NCBI GenBank assembly: GCA_963674755.2
Contig: CAXXVS010000003.1
Span: forward strand, 1,376,001-1,440,000
DNA from: Desulfobacterales bacterium
GTDB taxonomy: Bacteria > Desulfobacterota > Desulfobacteria > Desulfobacterales > UBA5852
Direction: 5' to 3'
DNA length: 64,000 bases
Below are positions 60,379 through 64,000 of this stretch, in pieces; within the stretch, counting starts at the first letter, position 1, and each line of letters opens with the position of its first letter. Below the pieces are notes generated by a model that worked only from the letters and a program-made list of their open reading frames with translations, did not search any database and was not told the DNA's origin. The position numbers were made by a program, and so were the translations under genes.

Positions 60379-60953
60379 TTGACTACCTAAAATACGAAAA
60401 TAATGGACGTCCTTTTTTCCTCGCAGGCCACAGCCAAGGCTCTATGATTCTGACCGATCTTATGCTTGAGCATTGGGGCGCCACCGGTGCAGAGAAGCAG
60501 CTTGTCGCTGCTATTCTTATCGGCTGGTCTTTGACGCCGGCCGACCTCGCAGCCCATCGGGCCGTGCGCATGTGCGAAGGGCCAAACCAGACGGGATGTG
60601 TCATTTCATATAATACCGTAGAAAATGGCAGGCAGTCTGTTGCGCCGACCCTCAAGGCCGGTGCTTTAGCGGTTAACCCCCTCTCCTGGACCACGGACGG
60701 GGCCTTCGTTCCGGCTAAAAAAAATCTGGGATCGGTCTTCTTCGATTCTGACGGTAAATCAAAAATATACCCGCATTTCACTTCAGCCCAGATCGTGGAC
60801 GGCGGGCTGGTTGTCCAGCCAGAAAATGTTGACTTGGTTACGATCAAAGGCGGCCATTTCCCTGAAGGCGTCTACCATGCTTTCGACTATTCGCTCTTTT
60901 TCATGAATCTCAAAGCCAATATTGCGGAGCGTATCGAGGCTTTTAGGCGATAG
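60379..60953 (+). pseudogene. 5'-truncated DUF3089-type alpha/beta hydrolase
   Basis: NNGRPFFLAGHSQG, GCVISYNT, VNPLSW, YH.FDY.LF..NL..N..ER; N-terminal half missing. Confidence 0.8.
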
Positions 60954-61219
60954 CCATGTGCGCCGTGGTCTATCAGATTGCCGTGGCGAGTTTGCCAGAT
61001 GCACAAAGCAGGAGGGCATTCCGGGAACAGCAGACTCAATTCTTATGAAGATCGGGTTCGGGGGCCCTTTTGCGTTATCGCCAAACGTTCTGGATATAAA
61101 ATCGGAATGCGTTTTGTAACCCTGGAACGCTCTTATAAAGGGGTTAAAACCCACTCGGTATGGAGAAATTCAAAATCCACTGTTGACGCTTAAAACGCGA
61201 AATACGTGTCGGGTGTGAA

Positions 61220-61552
61220 ATGACCCGATTCGTAACAGACCCGGACGCCGCCAACGCCCCTTTTCCTGACAAAGCGCTTGATCCTCCTATTCAGGGTGGC
61301 GCAATTGGTACCATTCTTGACCCAAAGAATCTCACAGTTCCATCGCCTGTTTTTGTAACCATCCTGCGTCTCGTTCGTTCCGTTTATGGCACCCTCCTTG
61401 ACCATGACAACGGTTTTGTGGACGAAACACTCATGCAATTGCACGAAGAGGAGTCGCCACGGCTGAGTGTCGCGCTAAACCTCAGCGATTACATCCAAAC
61501 ACATTTCCTGGGAGATGGCCAAGTCCGCGTCAGTGCGATAACAATTCAATGA
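61220..61552 (+). CDS. Hypothetical protein
   Basis: 110 aa ORF, no recognisable motif. Confidence 0.35.
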   Translation: MTRFVTDPDAANAPFPDKALDPPIQGGAIGTILDPKNLTVPSPVFVTILRLVRSVYGTLLDHDNGFVDETLMQLHEEESPRLSVALNLSDYIQTHFLGDGQVRVSAITIQ

Positions 61553-61707
61553 TCGGGACGTTGGGCTTCGGTCCCTCGCTGACGGGATTCTCAACTCCCG
61601 TATGGGTCAGGCACTGTCGCGTAGACTATCGCGTAAGGTGCTTTTAGACTTTGGCGGGTAATAACGGGTTGGGTCGAAAGGCCTGCCAGGGTTTATTCCG
61701 CCGACCT

Positions 61708-61740
61708 AAAAAGCCGCGCGGCTGATGAGCGGCGTTGCGC
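61708..61740 (+). other. attC-like right half (relic)
   Basis: AAAAAGCCGCGCG (identical to the attC5 centre) followed by GCTGATGAGCGGC GTTGCGC. Confidence 0.45.
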
Positions 61741-61769
61741 TCCACAACCCTCACCAAGGGAGGAAAGCC

Positions 61770-62315
61770 ATGAATCGCACCTCACGTCATGAGCACCAAA
61801 CGGTATGCATCGGTCGTCGGACGTTTCTGAAACTGGGTGTCCTGGGAGGCGGTGTCAGCCTCCTCGCGCTCACGTTTCCCGGTGGCCTGGCCCGGGCCGC
61901 AGGCCAGACCGAGGCCTTGCTTCTCAGCTGCATGGACTACCGCCTGATCGATGACACCGAGCGCTACATGTCGAGCCGGGGGCTTCAAAACAAGTACGAT
62001 CACGTCATCCTGGCCGGTGCCTCTCTGGGCGCCATCACCGACCAGTACCCGGCCTGGAACAAGACCTTCTGGGAGCATCTGGATATCGCCATACAATTGC
62101 ACCAGATTCACAAAGTCATCGTGCTCGACCACCGAGATTGTGGTGCCTACAAGGTCATCCTCGGTGAGGATTTCTCGCAGGATCCCGCGAAAGAGACGGC
62201 CATTCATTCCGAAGAACTCAAAACGCTTCGCAAACAAATCAACGAAAAGCACCCCAATCTGGAAGTTGAACTGCTGCTCATGAGTCTCGATGGGAAGGTC
62301 GAGCAGATCGCGTAG
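61770..62315 (+). CDS. Tat-exported beta-class-like carbonic anhydrase
   Basis: RRTFLK Tat signal; Zn ligands SCMDYR and HRDCG; GGAGG RBS. Confidence 0.85.
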   Translation: MNRTSRHEHQTVCIGRRTFLKLGVLGGGVSLLALTFPGGLARAAGQTEALLLSCMDYRLIDDTERYMSSRGLQNKYDHVILAGASLGAITDQYPAWNKTFWEHLDIAIQLHQIHKVIVLDHRDCGAYKVILGEDFSQDPAKETAIHSEELKTLRKQINEKHPNLEVELLLMSLDGKVEQIA

Positions 62316-62810
62316 ATTAGCGGCCGGCGGGAGTCGCCGCGCAAAGACGATGCGCGGCGCCGGCGGAGAATTGCCGGTATTGAAGGAGAATGAAGCGTAA
62401 GCCGGATAGGCTATTTGCGAATAGATTCAGACACCGCTGGATGCCCTCATTTTGAAACAAAAAACGTCGGGTTGGCAACCAGACGATGTGCGGGTGTTTG
62501 GGAACAAGGTTACGATTCTATTTCTTATCTTCCCATTCGGACGTTGAATCCGCGTGTTCCATGCTTCAAAAAGAGAGTCATAACGGCGCGCGTAGCTTGC
62601 GGTCCCTCCATCAAATTTTCTTGCCAAACGCCTGGCGGGCCAGTTTGCGATTGCGGGGGCGGTAGCTGCCGTCGGCTTTTTCCCCCGCATGACTTGCTCC
62701 ATCAGCTTGAGAATTTCATGCCTTGGGGTTCACCGTGTTATCTAGCTTTAAAACCTCCAGCTTCCCAAAGAGAATGCACCCCTTTCAGATAAGCTCGCCG
62801 GAGCACGGCA

Positions 62811-63518
62811 CTAACTTGCCTTTCCAGCCAGAAACTCCATGACGAATTTAATGTGATCGCGCATGATATCGTAGGCCAGCTGGGTGTCGTGTTGACGGAT
62901 GGCGTCCAGAACACCGGTGTGCTGATCTATAATAGTATCAAGATTGGACTTTTCTTCGTACAGATGTACGTGGCTGCGTTGAATTCCGTAGTAGAGCAGG
63001 TCGTAGAAGTTTTTCATCATGTGGATTTGAACGCGGTTCTTGGAAGCATAGGCAATGCCCATGTGAAAACGTACATCGGCCTCGTGCCCCATGTTGCCTT
63101 GGGCCACCAGCTCGGTCATTTCTTCCATGACACTGCTCAGGTAGGCAATGTCTTCGCTGGTGGCCTTGCGGGCCGCAAGCACGGCCGCGTTGCACTCCAG
63201 GCCGAGGCGGAATTCCAATAGCTCTTGAATGGAAATATCATCGCCAAGTACGGTTTTCAGCGGATTGTCTGACTGGCCGGGTTTGGGCAGGCGCACAAAA
63301 GTACCCATACCTTGGCGGTTTTCGATCAGGTTACGGTCAACCAGCTTGTTAATGGCCTCGCGTACCGAGTTGCGGCTGACATTGAAGGCCTCGGCCAGCT
63401 CGCGTTCGGGCAGCAGCTTTTCCCCGGGCCGCAGCTGTCCTCTGTATATAAGATCCTGAATCTGCTCAAAAACATGATCCGAGATTTTTCTGGGCCTGAT
63501 TTCTTTAAAAAGGTTCAT
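62811..63518 (-). CDS. GntR/FadR family regulator (LldR/PdhR-like)
   Basis: PGEKLLPEREL, VSRNSVREA, GMGTFV, FCD domain. Confidence 0.93.
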   Translation of the reverse strand: MNLFKEIRPRKISDHVFEQIQDLIYRGQLRPGEKLLPERELAEAFNVSRNSVREAINKLVDRNLIENRQGMGTFVRLPKPGQSDNPLKTVLGDDISIQELLEFRLGLECNAAVLAARKATSEDIAYLSSVMEEMTELVAQGNMGHEADVRFHMGIAYASKNRVQIHMMKNFYDLLYYGIQRSHVHLYEEKSNLDTIIDQHTGVLDAIRQHDTQLAYDIMRDHIKFVMEFLAGKAS

Positions 63519-63864
63519 TAAATCGTTTCCTATTGCGGGGTGTTTCGGGTCGATGCTGCCAGCAGCAGCACTATAGATGCGCACCTGAATAATTTCAAGC
63601 GACGGTGTGGCCGCAGATCCTTCGATGCACGTAGAAAAATTTAAAGTCCTACCATAGATCCCATTATTATAAATCAGATAACTATCTTAAAAAACATAAA
63701 ATATAAATTATTTAAAATTTATGATTGACATTAATTTAATTATTGATTTATTTAGGTTCTAAAAAAGAACCAATAAGTAAGAGGCCATTTTTAAATCCGA
63801 AGGCTGGCATAAATGCTTGGTGCTGCCGGTCTTTCAACGCAACAAAAAAGGGAGGTTCGCTATC

Positions 63865-64000
63865 ATGAAGAAAGCAATCACAGCCGGATTGGTCGTTTTG
63901 ATGTTCGCTGCCTTCACTGTTTCCAGTGGTTATGCCGCCCGGGAAAAATTCGGGGTGGATGACCGCCACAAAGTTGCCCAGCGGGTCAATTTCAAACCTT
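63865..64000 (+). CDS. Secreted/periplasmic protein, 5' part only
   Basis: GGAGG RBS; MKKAITAGLVVLMFAAFTVSSGYA signal peptide; runs off the window. Confidence 0.7.
   Translation, partial: MKKAITAGLVVLMFAAFTVSSGYAAREKFGVDDRHKVAQRVNFKP

Overview
GC-rich bacterial chromosome segment. Gene content (Ech hydrogenase, HDOD and PP2C signalling, DUF1566 protein) suggests a Desulfobacterota-like anaerobe; this is inference. 1-25.7 kb: housekeeping and signalling genes, including partial phnX, two-component systems, a phospholipase D/EEP pair, a cysteine desulfurase, LysM proteins and an AlaC-type aminotransferase. That aminotransferase is preceded by what looks like a complete alanine-sensing ribosome attenuator: promoter, Ala6 leader peptide, antiterminator and tandem terminators. 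26.2-32.2 kb: echABCDEF [NiFe]-hydrogenase operon with repeats in its intergenic gaps. 33.4-45.6 kb: AT-rich integron with an internally deleted, co-oriented intI, an attI-like site, six complete attC sites and about eight cassettes. One cassette encodes a membrane-anchored HerA-type ATPase ending in an SSB-like DDDIPF tail. The array also holds an intact IS5 and an IS1595 remnant. A 62-bp palindrome occurs three times (43427, 45638, 60299), each at a point where a gene or attC is cut off. 50-59 kb: GntR, amino-acid ABC transporter, two MmgE/PrpD genes and hutU. All assignments come from motif recognition by eye; no database search was run.
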